From an uncultured Rhizobium sp. (lineage in GTDB: Bacteria; Pseudomonadota; Alphaproteobacteria; Caulobacterales; Hyphomonadaceae): DNA of 64,000 bases. Made by a program: the position numbers and the translations under genes. The DNA lies in NCBI GenBank assembly GCA_964529555.1, contig CAZGWV010000001.1, positions 24,592 through 88,591 on the forward strand, written 5' to 3'. This document shows positions 46,721 to 55,473 of this stretch, in pieces (position 1 is the stretch's first letter; each line of letters begins with the position of its first letter). The notes beneath the pieces are model-generated. The model had not been told where the DNA came from. It made no database searches and worked only from the letters and a program-made list of their open reading frames with translations.

Positions 46721-47108
46721 GGTCATCCAGCATTGCCGCTTCGCCGCCGAACAGGTGCGCGACGCCACTCCCGTCAAACACCAGTCCGTCGGGAAGATCG
46801 ACCGCGACATGCGGGGAATAGCGCCGGATGATCCACAATCCGAGGCGTTCCAGGGCAGCCACATCCTCTTGGGGATCGGCGAGTTTTGTTTCGAGGCCCG
46901 GAATCAGGGACTGTGCCTGGGTGGCTGGCATACCGGTGCGGATTCCGGCCTTGCGGGCAGCGCCGTTGGCGGCATGGATGATCTTGGAGCGGCCATCGGA
47001 GCCGACCAGAACGAGCGGGCGCTCACGAGGCGGCGCGGTATCGGGATGCGTCCTGTAATAGCGATCCGTTGGCCAGGTCGGCAGGAAGAGCGAGACGACC
47101 TTTTTCAT
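46715..47108 (-). pseudogene. imuB: imuB (Y-family polymerase-like mutagenesis protein), only the N-terminal ~130 codons remain
   Basis: MKKVVSLFLPTWPTDRYYR...RPLVLVGSDGRSKIIHAANGAARKAGIRTGMPATQAQSLIPGL...LFGGEAAMLDDL is an ImuB-type N-terminus. Downstream of ~46715 the frame becomes the antisense of Rhs D YD repeats. Confidence 0.75.
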
Positions 47109-47775
47109 CACACGCCTCCACGATGAAGTCTGCACATTGTCCGGCCTGGCTCCTGATAAGCTCGACGAGCCAGCGTGGCCGGCCGACGCCAGGAACAGGG
47201 AGCGGTGAAGAGGGAAGGGCGGTGACGCGCCAGCGCGTCGTCGTTGCAGTCGGCTGCCCGAAATCGAATGTGTCGCGATCGCGCTTCCAGCGGCGGATTG
47301 CGAGCGCCAGCGTGCCGGACGTCTCGGCGGCGAGCTTGAGACGGCGCGATGCGGTCATCGAAAGCTTGGCGATCTCTCCCACGACGGCGCCCAAGCCGTC
47401 GTGACGAAGACCTTCCTCGCAGCAGGCAAGCGGCGAGGCTTCATCGCCAGCCTCGACGATGATGATGCGATCAGGGTCGAGACCAGCCTGCGAGAGTGCG
47501 GGGGCAAACAGATCCGGGCGGGTGATGCACCACAGGATCTGTCCCCGGGTGCGGGCGGCTATGCCTGCAGCGAAGAGGATGGTGGCCGCGCCGTGGATTG
47601 CGCCGGACGCGCCGCCGGCTATCTCGTGCAAGCTGTCCAGCGCCAAGCCGCCGCCCGGAAGAATTCTATCAATTGAATCAATACCGAAGGCGAGCGCATG
47701 CGTCTGCGCCCGGCTGCTCAACCCGAGCCGTTCGATATCCTTTCTGAGGCGCTGAAGAAGCGCTTGATCCTGCAC
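47023..47775 (-). CDS. imuA: ImuA (RecA/SulA-like SOS mutagenesis protein)
   Basis: 250 aa. ...IDRILPGGGLALDSLHEI...GAATILFAAGIAAR...ILWC...DLFAPAL...GLDPDRIIIVEA... pattern typical of ImuA. Sits directly upstream of imuB and overlaps it. Confidence 0.8.
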   Translation of the reverse strand: MQDQALLQRLRKDIERLGLSSRAQTHALAFGIDSIDRILPGGGLALDSLHEIAGGASGAIHGAATILFAAGIAARTRGQILWCITRPDLFAPALSQAGLDPDRIIIVEAGDEASPLACCEEGLRHDGLGAVVGEIAKLSMTASRRLKLAAETSGTLALAIRRWKRDRDTFDFGQPTATTTRWRVTALPSSPLPVPGVGRPRWLVELIRSQAGQCADFIVEACDEKGRLALPADLANGSLLQDASRYRAAS

Positions 47776-47789
47776 ATAAGCCTCCCAAA

Positions 47790-47804
47790 GTTCTTGATTT
47801 GTTC
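47790..47804. promoter_or_regulatory. Alphaproteobacterial LexA (SOS) box GTTC-N7-GTTC upstream of imuA
   Basis: gttcttgatttgttc lies 15-29 nt upstream of the imuA ATG (47775). It is an exact match to the direct-repeat GTTCN7GTTC LexA operator of Alphaproteobacteria. imuA-imuB cassettes are classically LexA-regulated. Confidence 0.6.
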
Positions 47805-47963
47805 CAAACGGGCGGTAGAGTCAAATCGGGGCGTTTGCGTCTACGTTTTGTGCGGATCTGAACGCTGCCTGTCAGCACTGCAGCGTGCGGTTTGCGCTGA
47901 ACATCTGGCATCGGGTAACTTGGGCTATTCGCATCGGCATTGATTCAATGGAGACCTCTTTAA

Positions 47964-50900
47964 GTGTCTGAGGAGCCTGCACCGGACACAAGTCCGCGGG
48001 CGTCCGGGCCTGCCGGGCCACAATTCGAGGTCAAGGTCGCGACGCACTATGCCTTGGCGCTCCTTGCGGAGTCGGAGGCGTTCGGTCTGCCAGGAGCGGT
48101 GGTCGAAGCGCTGGAGTTCCAGCGCGCCGGCCAAGGCCATCCCCTGGACGACATCATCGTCAAAGGAAAGAGAACCGACGGGTCGGAGCGTTGCCTCGAG
48201 GTCCAGACAAAGCGCTCGATGTCGTTTACCGAGGCCGACACTGATTTCGCGGCTGTCGCAGCTGGAATTGCCAAAGGGCGCCGGATTGACCCCGAACGGC
48301 GGTTTGCCGTCGCTATCGAACGAACGACGGGCGCGATCGAAACCGGCGTGCAGGAGGCGCTCGAACTCGCCCGGAATACGGTGGATGCATCGGAGTACTT
48401 CAAGCTTCTCAATACCAAAGGACGCAGCAACGACGCGATGCGGCGGTTTGTGTCCGCGTTCAGGAAGCACTTGGATGCAAATGGTGTTGTCGGCGACGAC
48501 GCCTTGTTCGACATCCTGAATCGCTTCGTGGTTCTGGTCTTCGACTACGCGCGTCCTGCGTCGATTGCGGATCATCATGATCGTGCCAGGGCAAAAAGTG
48601 TCCTTGGCTCTCCCGACGCAACACATCCATACGACACGTTGCTCGGCCTCATCTTCAGATCCGATGCGATTGGCGGACAAACCAATCGTGCGCACCTCGT
48701 CGCCCAGCTGAATGAATTGGGACTGCAGACCAAGCAAAGGCCCAGCCTCGTAAAAGCGCGGAGCCGCATCGAAGAGATGAGCCGGTTTGCGCTTGCCGAA
48801 ATCTCGACGGATGTCGCTGGCCATCAGATACTCAGGGGAAAGCGCCGCGAAGCGCTCGCCGATGGGATCGCTGAAGCACGATCCGGCCACCGCATCGTCG
48901 AAATCACGGGACCCGGCGGCGCGGGCAAATCGGCCTTGCTCCGCTGGGCAGCCGACGCGTGGGGCGCATCGTGCCGCGTTATGGTATTTTCGCCGTCCCG
49001 AGTCCCACAAGGTGGTTGGCCTGCGTTACGCAGCGCATTTGACATCGACGCGACCGCCGAAGTCTTCCTCGCCGATCTCGTTTGCGATGGAGGTGGTCTC
49101 GTCTGCATTGATGGACTCGACCGTTTCAGGAGTGAGGGCGAGCAGAAGACAGTGTCGGACATTCTGCGTTCGGCGCTTGCGACCCAAGGTGCGTGCATCC
49201 TTTTTACCGCTCGCGACGGTTGGGAAGAGGAGGCTACCTGGCTCCCGTCCGACATTCTCGAGGCGCTGAAGCCTCGCAAGACTCTGAGGGTCGAAGGCCT
49301 CAATGATGAGGAAGCGAGCGATTTGGCAGGCCTGGCGCCGAACCTGGCTCGATTACTGGCCCCAGATCATCCCGCCCGGTCGCTCACGCGCAATCCGTTC
49401 ATTCTAAAGCGCCTGATCCGAAGCCGGCTCGATGCAAGCAAGCCAATCAGCGAGGCGGCGCTGGTCAAGGACTGGTGGACGTCAGGCGGTCATGGCCTGA
49501 CGCATGCCATCGGCGTGCAACACGCTCGGAGGCGGGTGTTGCTCGCCGTTGCCAAGTCGATCCTCGCGGGCGAGAGCCTCGCTGATGTCAGCGGCGAGGA
49601 TTCTGAAGCAGTTGCAACACTCTTGAGCGATGGGGTCATCGTCGAAGCCAATGCAACAGATCGAGTGAAATTCAAGCATGATCTCTTCGCCGATTGGGCG
49701 CTTGGATGTGCACTCGCCGAAGACATGGGTTCTTTGGGTCTTGATGCGCCGCCTCCGTTCTGGTTGAGCCGCGGCTTCGAACTGTCATCTTCCCTGCTAG
49801 CAGAGAAGGATGATCCAGCAGAATGGGCCAACCGCGTTCGCACGCTCATGCAGGAAGGCGTGCAGAGCGGATGGGCAGGCTTGGCTGTTCTGGCGCTTGT
49901 GCGCTCGGAAAACGCCGCAGAGCTGCTCAATCGGCACAGCGCCGCATTGCTTGAGGAAAAGGATGCCATTGCCGCAGTGCTGATCCGGCGGACGATCGCA
50001 TCGCACGGAACACCTCTTGACCAGGTGCTGGGCGGTGTTCTTCCCCCGGGCACGCAGATTCCGCAGGGACTGATTGTACCCGATGTACGCCGGTGCATGC
50101 CATTGGTGGCTTGGTGTGCCGCGCGCTTTGACACGCTGCCATCTCTGGCTCTGGCGGCCGCGGTCGATATCTTCGAAGCGTGGCTGATGCTGATGACCTT
50201 CGGAGAACGAGCAATCTCTTCGATCCTGCTCGATCGGTTCGCCGACCTCCTGGTTGCTCATCTGGAAGATCGCGAACTTCGCACCAGCTATCGTCCGGGA
50301 GAGAAGCTTCCAGTCATCCGATACCCACTCGGCAGTGATGGCGTTGAGGCGGCCCGGCTTCAACTCTCATTGCACGCCACACACGTGCCTGACGCAGCCG
50401 CGCGCTACCTTGACGCCATTGCCAAGTCGCCGCGTGCAGAAGACGAATTGACCCGCGTCCTGGAGTTTCCGGGCTCACTGGCTTCCGCTGCGCCTCAATC
50501 GTTCGCACTCGCCTTGCGGCGAGCGGTCCAGATCGAGCGGGACTACGCCAAGAAACACGCCCGCCGGGGCCACATCGAGCCGCGCTTTGGCCGGCTGGAA
50601 CACCCATTTGTGCTTGGCAAAGCAGGATCAGGCATTTTCGCAGATCTGCTGGAGAAAGACTGCGATGTAGGCGTTGCACTGATCCGTGACCTGGTCGCCC
50701 ACATTGAGGATGGTCACACAGACGAACACGCCTTCGATCTTGTGTTAAGCGGCGACAAGAAGCGTGTGACGTCGCCGTTCAGTTATGGTTGGTCGCGCGG
50801 CCAGAGCCCTTCAACGATCCTCGCAAAAGCTCTTTCGGCGCTGGAGCATTGGGCGCATGCCCAGGTAGAGAGCGGGCGTCCCATTGGTGAAATCGTCGGC

Positions 50901-52070
50901 AAGCTCGCGAGCGGAGACTCGATCAGCGGCGCGTTCCTAATGATCATCGTTGATGTGGTTCTGAGCCACTCAAATCTGGACGGACCCGAACTCATCGATC
51001 TGGCGTCATCGCCCGAGACACTGGCGTTGGACGCGCACCGGGCTCAGCTGGACTATGTGGAGCGGGCAACAGGTCGATCGCTTTCGATTGGTCTTGGGGA
51101 AAGCCGCCTTCAGAAAGATCGTGAGATTGAGGCTTCGCTGTCGCAACGCACGTCGCGGACGGTGCCGCTTCACAGCGCGCTGTCGCAAATGACCATGTGT
51201 CAGAACGATGAGGCGATCGCTGAGGTGCAAACGCGGCTACGACGTGAAATAGACCGGCTCGGCGCGTGGGCGGACGAAGTCGTGAACTTGACGTCACGCC
51301 AGTTCATGGCGTCGCACGCGCTGCTTCTTTCCGACAAGAACAACTACACCCCCGTGTCGGAAACAGGGGCTGACGGCATCACGAGGTCTGGCTGGCAGTT
51401 CAAGATGCCGGAAAATCAGAATCGCTGGCTCGAATCGCAATCCGCCCAGACGACAGCTGAGACGATGTCGTTCAATCGTGCGCTTGCGACGCGGTTGTCC
51501 ATGAACAGCGGCAAAGGAGCAGCGAGAGCCAGCGTTGAGGATGCACTTGCGGTCCTCGCGGAAACCGCAGGCGCCAGTCCCGGCGAGTCCAAGGAGCTGC
51601 ACGATCCAACGGATCCTTGGGTGGCTCGGGTCGGCGCCGCAGCCTACATCGCACGCTTTGGCGACGCGGCCGCTTTGAAAGCGCATCGCGTGGAGATTGA
51701 AGCCTGTTTTGACACCGCGCTCGGTCCTGAGATCAAGGCCAGACAGAACTATCGATACGACGTCATGTATGATCCCGTGGCGCTCGCGATCACCGGACGT
51801 CTCTATCTCGCGACACGCGGCAACGATCCACAGATCGACACGCTATTCGACGCCATACGGAGATTCCCCCAGAGCGCCGCTGCGGCTTTCACCTGCCATG
51901 CGAACGCGGCGGCCACCCTTGGCGAAGCGATGCTCGCTGCGTGCATTAGAGTGGGTCTGCAGTCCTGCATTTTCCGAGGCGCAAGGACTATGACGAGTCC
52001 GATGAAGTGTTCGAGCAGCGGCGGACGAACTCGGATGAGCAACGCGCAAAACGGGTTGCATCGGAGCTAG
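47964..52070 (+). CDS. Giant STAND/NACHT-like NTPase with N-terminal Cap4(DUF4297)-like PD-(D/E)xK domain; candidate defence protein
   Basis: 1368 aa, GTG start after GGAGA. aa ~18-84 GPQFEVKVATHYALALL...LDDIIVKG...CLEVQTKRS (nuclease-like D...QxK pattern). Walker A ITGPGGAGKSALL (nt ~48906), NACHT-style Walker B LVCIDGLDRF. ~950-aa helical C-terminal region. Confidence 0.7.
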   Translation: MSEEPAPDTSPRASGPAGPQFEVKVATHYALALLAESEAFGLPGAVVEALEFQRAGQGHPLDDIIVKGKRTDGSERCLEVQTKRSMSFTEADTDFAAVAAGIAKGRRIDPERRFAVAIERTTGAIETGVQEALELARNTVDASEYFKLLNTKGRSNDAMRRFVSAFRKHLDANGVVGDDALFDILNRFVVLVFDYARPASIADHHDRARAKSVLGSPDATHPYDTLLGLIFRSDAIGGQTNRAHLVAQLNELGLQTKQRPSLVKARSRIEEMSRFALAEISTDVAGHQILRGKRREALADGIAEARSGHRIVEITGPGGAGKSALLRWAADAWGASCRVMVFSPSRVPQGGWPALRSAFDIDATAEVFLADLVCDGGGLVCIDGLDRFRSEGEQKTVSDILRSALATQGACILFTARDGWEEEATWLPSDILEALKPRKTLRVEGLNDEEASDLAGLAPNLARLLAPDHPARSLTRNPFILKRLIRSRLDASKPISEAALVKDWWTSGGHGLTHAIGVQHARRRVLLAVAKSILAGESLADVSGEDSEAVATLLSDGVIVEANATDRVKFKHDLFADWALGCALAEDMGSLGLDAPPPFWLSRGFELSSSLLAEKDDPAEWANRVRTLMQEGVQSGWAGLAVLALVRSENAAELLNRHSAALLEEKDAIAAVLIRRTIASHGTPLDQVLGGVLPPGTQIPQGLIVPDVRRCMPLVAWCAARFDTLPSLALAAAVDIFEAWLMLMTFGERAISSILLDRFADLLVAHLEDRELRTSYRPGEKLPVIRYPLGSDGVEAARLQLSLHATHVPDAAARYLDAIAKSPRAEDELTRVLEFPGSLASAAPQSFALALRRAVQIERDYAKKHARRGHIEPRFGRLEHPFVLGKAGSGIFADLLEKDCDVGVALIRDLVAHIEDGHTDEHAFDLVLSGDKKRVTSPFSYGWSRGQSPSTILAKALSALEHWAHAQVESGRPIGEIVGKLASGDSISGAFLMIIVDVVLSHSNLDGPELIDLASSPETLALDAHRAQLDYVERATGRSLSIGLGESRLQKDREIEASLSQRTSRTVPLHSALSQMTMCQNDEAIAEVQTRLRREIDRLGAWADEVVNLTSRQFMASHALLLSDKNNYTPVSETGADGITRSGWQFKMPENQNRWLESQSAQTTAETMSFNRALATRLSMNSGKGAARASVEDALAVLAETAGASPGESKELHDPTDPWVARVGAAAYIARFGDAAALKAHRVEIEACFDTALGPEIKARQNYRYDVMYDPVALAITGRLYLATRGNDPQIDTLFDAIRRFPQSAAAAFTCHANAAATLGEAMLAACIRVGLQSCIFRGARTMTSPMKCSSSGGRTRMSNAQNGLHRS

Positions 52071-53086
52071 ACTGGTTGGCTAGCAAGCAGACTGAGCTGG
52101 GCTGGCCGACTCCTCCGCCACGTCGCCAGCGCAAACAACCGGATGAAGCTCTGGTCCCGCTTGAGCCCGGGAAACCGCGGCGGAGGAGAGCGGCGCCAGA
52201 CATGCCGGACTTCTACTTCGATGATCACACCGCCGCGGTCTGGCTCAGACTGGTGTCGAGAACGACGACCCTCGCACCGAGCAAGGTTGCTGACCTCGTC
52301 CGCGCGAACCAGGAATGGCTGCTCGATGTCAACGGTCCGCCTGCGAGCGATGAAGACGACCGGGATTTTGAGAAGTCCTGGACGCGCGGGATCCTAGAGT
52401 GCGCGGCCAGATGCGCGAAAGCCTGGACTGCCAGCGAGCGCGACCATCTGATCTTCGACATGCTCGCGCGGTTTTCGGATCAGGCATTCATCAGCGCAGC
52501 GGCCGCCTTCCTCGTCCAGGCCGACCTTCATCACATTGAGGGAACGGCCGATGACACCGCGTATCTCGTTGAAATTCGAGAGCGTCTATGGCCTCGGCTC
52601 AAGGAAACGCTCCGATGGAAACAGCACCTGTGGTCGTCGTCGAAGACGGGGATGGAGTACAACCTCAAGGAGATCGTTGCCGGCTTCTTCCTTAAACGAA
52701 GTCGCGGGTTCGAGGGCGCGACCAGCTATACCAAGGGGCTGAGCGAGGAGCAGCTCACGCCATTCCTTCCACTGATGACGGAAATTTCCGTTGCCGCGGG
52801 TGCTTGCTCGACGATCACGCTGTTCTTTCTCGACATCCTGGAGATCGTCTCGCCTTCGGCGGCCGCTGGACCACTTCTTGCGGCTGCTACAGCCTGGGAA
52901 AGGGATGCCGAGGGCAGCTTCTGGTCGTCGTTCAGCATTGGCGCTCGCGTTGGCCGGCTGGCGAGTCAGTTCGCAATCGAACCTCAAGACATCGGGTCAT
53001 GGATTCGGATTGCAGACGCTATCGCGTCCGCTGGTGTCGTTGAGGGTGAGCAACTGAAACGAAAGCTTCAACAAGCTGACCGTTGA
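52007..53086 (+). CDS. Partner ORF of the NACHT-like protein (or its frameshifted C-terminal extension); helical, no recognised domain
   Basis: 359 aa, GTG start. It overlaps the upstream stop by 64 nt, and its frame is open from 51950. The composition looks coding (Trp/Leu/Glu-rich helices). Confidence 0.5.
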   Translation: MFEQRRTNSDEQRAKRVASELDWLASKQTELGWPTPPPRRQRKQPDEALVPLEPGKPRRRRAAPDMPDFYFDDHTAAVWLRLVSRTTTLAPSKVADLVRANQEWLLDVNGPPASDEDDRDFEKSWTRGILECAARCAKAWTASERDHLIFDMLARFSDQAFISAAAAFLVQADLHHIEGTADDTAYLVEIRERLWPRLKETLRWKQHLWSSSKTGMEYNLKEIVAGFFLKRSRGFEGATSYTKGLSEEQLTPFLPLMTEISVAAGACSTITLFFLDILEIVSPSAAAGPLLAAATAWERDAEGSFWSSFSIGARVGRLASQFAIEPQDIGSWIRIADAIASAGVVEGEQLKRKLQQADR

Positions 53087-53478
53087 GCGAATACGCTGGG
53101 CAGCAACGCGATCTCACGCAAATGTTCACACCTCCGGTGCGAAGTGTGTTGAAGTTCATCGAACGCCGCGTTTAATGTGCAGGCTTGGCCCGTCCCCCCA
53201 ACCCAGGGTCAAGCAGGAGGGGCGTCGGGAAGCCGGCGCCCTTTCCGTATCTGCGTCACGCGGATGCTGCGTTGGACGATCTCCGAACTCTTTGCCGACG
53301 TTCGCGTTGCCGGTCCGCTTGCGCGTGCTCGTCGATCGCCTGCCGCGCTCACCGGTCAAGGGACGCTGACGCTCTTCGCCCTTGACCGGCGAGCTCACAC
53401 GGCAGGCGTTGTCGGTCTGGGTCGCGCAAGCGGCCCCGGCTTCGCATTCTGCCGCCGGGAAGCTCATCGGAGCATCCC

Positions 53479-55407
53479 ATGTCCGTTCAACAACAAACGA
53501 TCCTGTTCATTCCGCTCAACAAGCTTGGCGTTTCCACTCGGAACGTCCGGCGCAAGGATCGCAAGGCCGACATCGAAGCGCTCGCCGCGTCGATTGCATC
53601 ACGCGGTCTGCTGCAGAATCTCTGTGTCGTGCCCGGCGAGAGCGACCGCTACGAGGTCGATGCTGGCGGCCGGCGTCATGCCGCGCTGAAACTGCTCGCT
53701 AAAGCGGGCGTGATCGAAAAGGACTGGCCGGTCCCCTGCAATGTCGTCGCCCGTGAGGACGGCGTCGAAGTGTCTCTCACCGAGAATGTGCATCGCATCG
53801 CGATGGACGCGATGGACGAGGTCGATGCCTATGCGACTCTCATCGCTGAAGGAAAGACCTCGGACGAAGTGGCGCGGCGCTTCGGCGTTGAGCGCCGGCA
53901 TGTCGATCAGCGTCTCGCGCTGGCTGGATTGTCGCCGAAGATCAAGTCCGCTTGGAAGCGGGGCGACGTCAGTCTTGATGCCGCCAAGGCATTCTGTCTG
54001 GTGGAAGATCATGCACAACAGGATGCTGTCTATCGCAGTCTCGGCAAGCCGGTGACGTCGGCGTCGTCGGTCCGAGCGCGGCTGATGGATGGGCGCATGC
54101 GTGTGACTGACCGCGTGGCGCTGTTTGTTGGCGTCGAGACGTATGAGGCGGCTGGCGGAAAGGTGTTGCGCGGCCTGTTCGATACCGATGCCGTTTTCAT
54201 TGAAACGCCCGCGTTGCTGATGAAGCTTGCGGAGGACAAGCTTGGCGCATCGCGGGACGAATTGTTGGCGAAGGGGTGGAGCTGGGTCGACCTCAATCTG
54301 GGAACCGGCCGGATCGAAGGTCTGTCGCCTACGCGGCTGCAGCCGGAATGGCGTGATCCGACAACCGAGGAACAGGCCGAGCTCGATCGCATCTCGGGAG
54401 AGATCGAGGCGCTCGATGCGGCTCTTGAATCCGACAGCGTGGAGGACGATCTCCGCTGGACGCAGCGCGATAGTCTTGAGGCCGCTTATGAGACCATTCG
54501 ACAGAACGGGCGGCACTGGACCGGGGAAGTTACGGCGCTCTCCGGCGCTGTGCTGTCGATCAGTCATAACGGCGAAGTCAGCGTGACGGAAGGGTGCGTG
54601 CGAACGGAAGACCAGAAGCGCGTCGATGCTTACCTCAAGCTGAAGCGGGCAGGGAAGAACAGCGAGGTCGACGAGGGCGCAGATCGTCCTCCAGCGCGTG
54701 TCAGCGCATTGCCCAAGGCAGTCAATCGCGATCTGACGCTTGCGCGTACGCGCGCGATCCGTCTTGCGCTCTCGGGCGATCCGGATGTCGCTCTGGCATT
54801 GTGCGTCGCGGCGATGGTCGCGAGGAGTGTGCACCGGATCGAGATCACTGGCGTTGCGATTTCGGCGCAGGTGCGCCCGGTGGACGATCTTCCCGCCCTT
54901 GATGAAGCGCGCGCTGAGCTTGAGGGCAGATTGCCGTCCGACGAGTCCGCGCTTCTCGAATGGGCGCTCGACCTCTCGCGCGAACGACTGCTTGCAGTCC
55001 TCGCTGTTCTAGTTGCAGGGAGTATCGACCTTGTGCATGACGACACGACGCCCAATGACCTTTGCAAGCAAGCGCTTGCAGATCGGCTGGCGCATCAGCT
55101 CGATATCGACATGACGAAGTTCTGGCAGCCTGACCTCGACTACTGGATCCGGTTGCCGAAATCGGCGCTCATGGCGGCGATCGCCGAATCGCCAGGCATG
55201 GTCGAGCGAGGAGAGCGTACGCGGGCTGACCTCCTGAAAGCACACTCGAAACTTCGGAAAGACGACCTCGCTGCGAAGGTTACGGCTGCGTTCGATGGCG
55301 CGGGCTATTTGCCAGAGATACTGGCAACACCCGTTGTTGCGGGCGATCTCGTTATCACGCCTGAGGGCGTCGCCGCAATTTCAGTTCCAACAATGGCGGC
55401 GGAGTAG
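53479..55407 (+). CDS. ParB-like N-terminal domain protein of conjugative elements
   Basis: 642 aa. ParB/Srx N-domain: IPLNKLGVSTRNVRR...LAASIASRGLLQNLCVV...YEVDAGGRRHAAL (GxRR arginine patch), followed by an HTH-like region (SDEVARRFGVERRHVDQRLAL) and a long helical tail. Confidence 0.85.
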   Translation: MSVQQQTILFIPLNKLGVSTRNVRRKDRKADIEALAASIASRGLLQNLCVVPGESDRYEVDAGGRRHAALKLLAKAGVIEKDWPVPCNVVAREDGVEVSLTENVHRIAMDAMDEVDAYATLIAEGKTSDEVARRFGVERRHVDQRLALAGLSPKIKSAWKRGDVSLDAAKAFCLVEDHAQQDAVYRSLGKPVTSASSVRARLMDGRMRVTDRVALFVGVETYEAAGGKVLRGLFDTDAVFIETPALLMKLAEDKLGASRDELLAKGWSWVDLNLGTGRIEGLSPTRLQPEWRDPTTEEQAELDRISGEIEALDAALESDSVEDDLRWTQRDSLEAAYETIRQNGRHWTGEVTALSGAVLSISHNGEVSVTEGCVRTEDQKRVDAYLKLKRAGKNSEVDEGADRPPARVSALPKAVNRDLTLARTRAIRLALSGDPDVALALCVAAMVARSVHRIEITGVAISAQVRPVDDLPALDEARAELEGRLPSDESALLEWALDLSRERLLAVLAVLVAGSIDLVHDDTTPNDLCKQALADRLAHQLDIDMTKFWQPDLDYWIRLPKSALMAAIAESPGMVERGERTRADLLKAHSKLRKDDLAAKVTAAFDGAGYLPEILATPVVAGDLVITPEGVAAISVPTMAAE

Positions 55408-55473
55408 CCGTATGGATTCCCCACGCGAGTTCATGCTCGCGTGGGGAGTTCTGCAAGCTTCAGCAAAGGCGCG

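Noticed and set aside
44004-47126. 1040-aa plus-strand ORF as an intact Rhs
   Set aside because: The 5' extension before 44202 lacks a signal peptide and RBS. The last ~135 aa (IQHCRFAAEQVRD...) have no YD repeats and are the antisense of imuB. No core-end DPxG motif or toxin tip is present.
45834-47135. 433-aa minus-strand ORF as a single gene
   Set aside because: It is a chimera. Only the first ~130 codons after the ATG at 47108 are ImuB-like. The rest (...RHPAEIVVGVAHIRLRARR...) is the Arg-rich antisense of Rhs D YD repeats.
47925-49010. 361-aa antisense ORF over the 5' part of the NACHT-like gene (similarly 53599-54834 opposite the ParB-like gene, 57310-58266 opposite the HTH-nuclease-NTPase gene, and 7464-8153 opposite lysR)
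   Set aside because: The sense frames carry clear motifs (Walker A/B, ParB GxRR, LysR HTH). The antisense products are low-complexity and Arg-rich.
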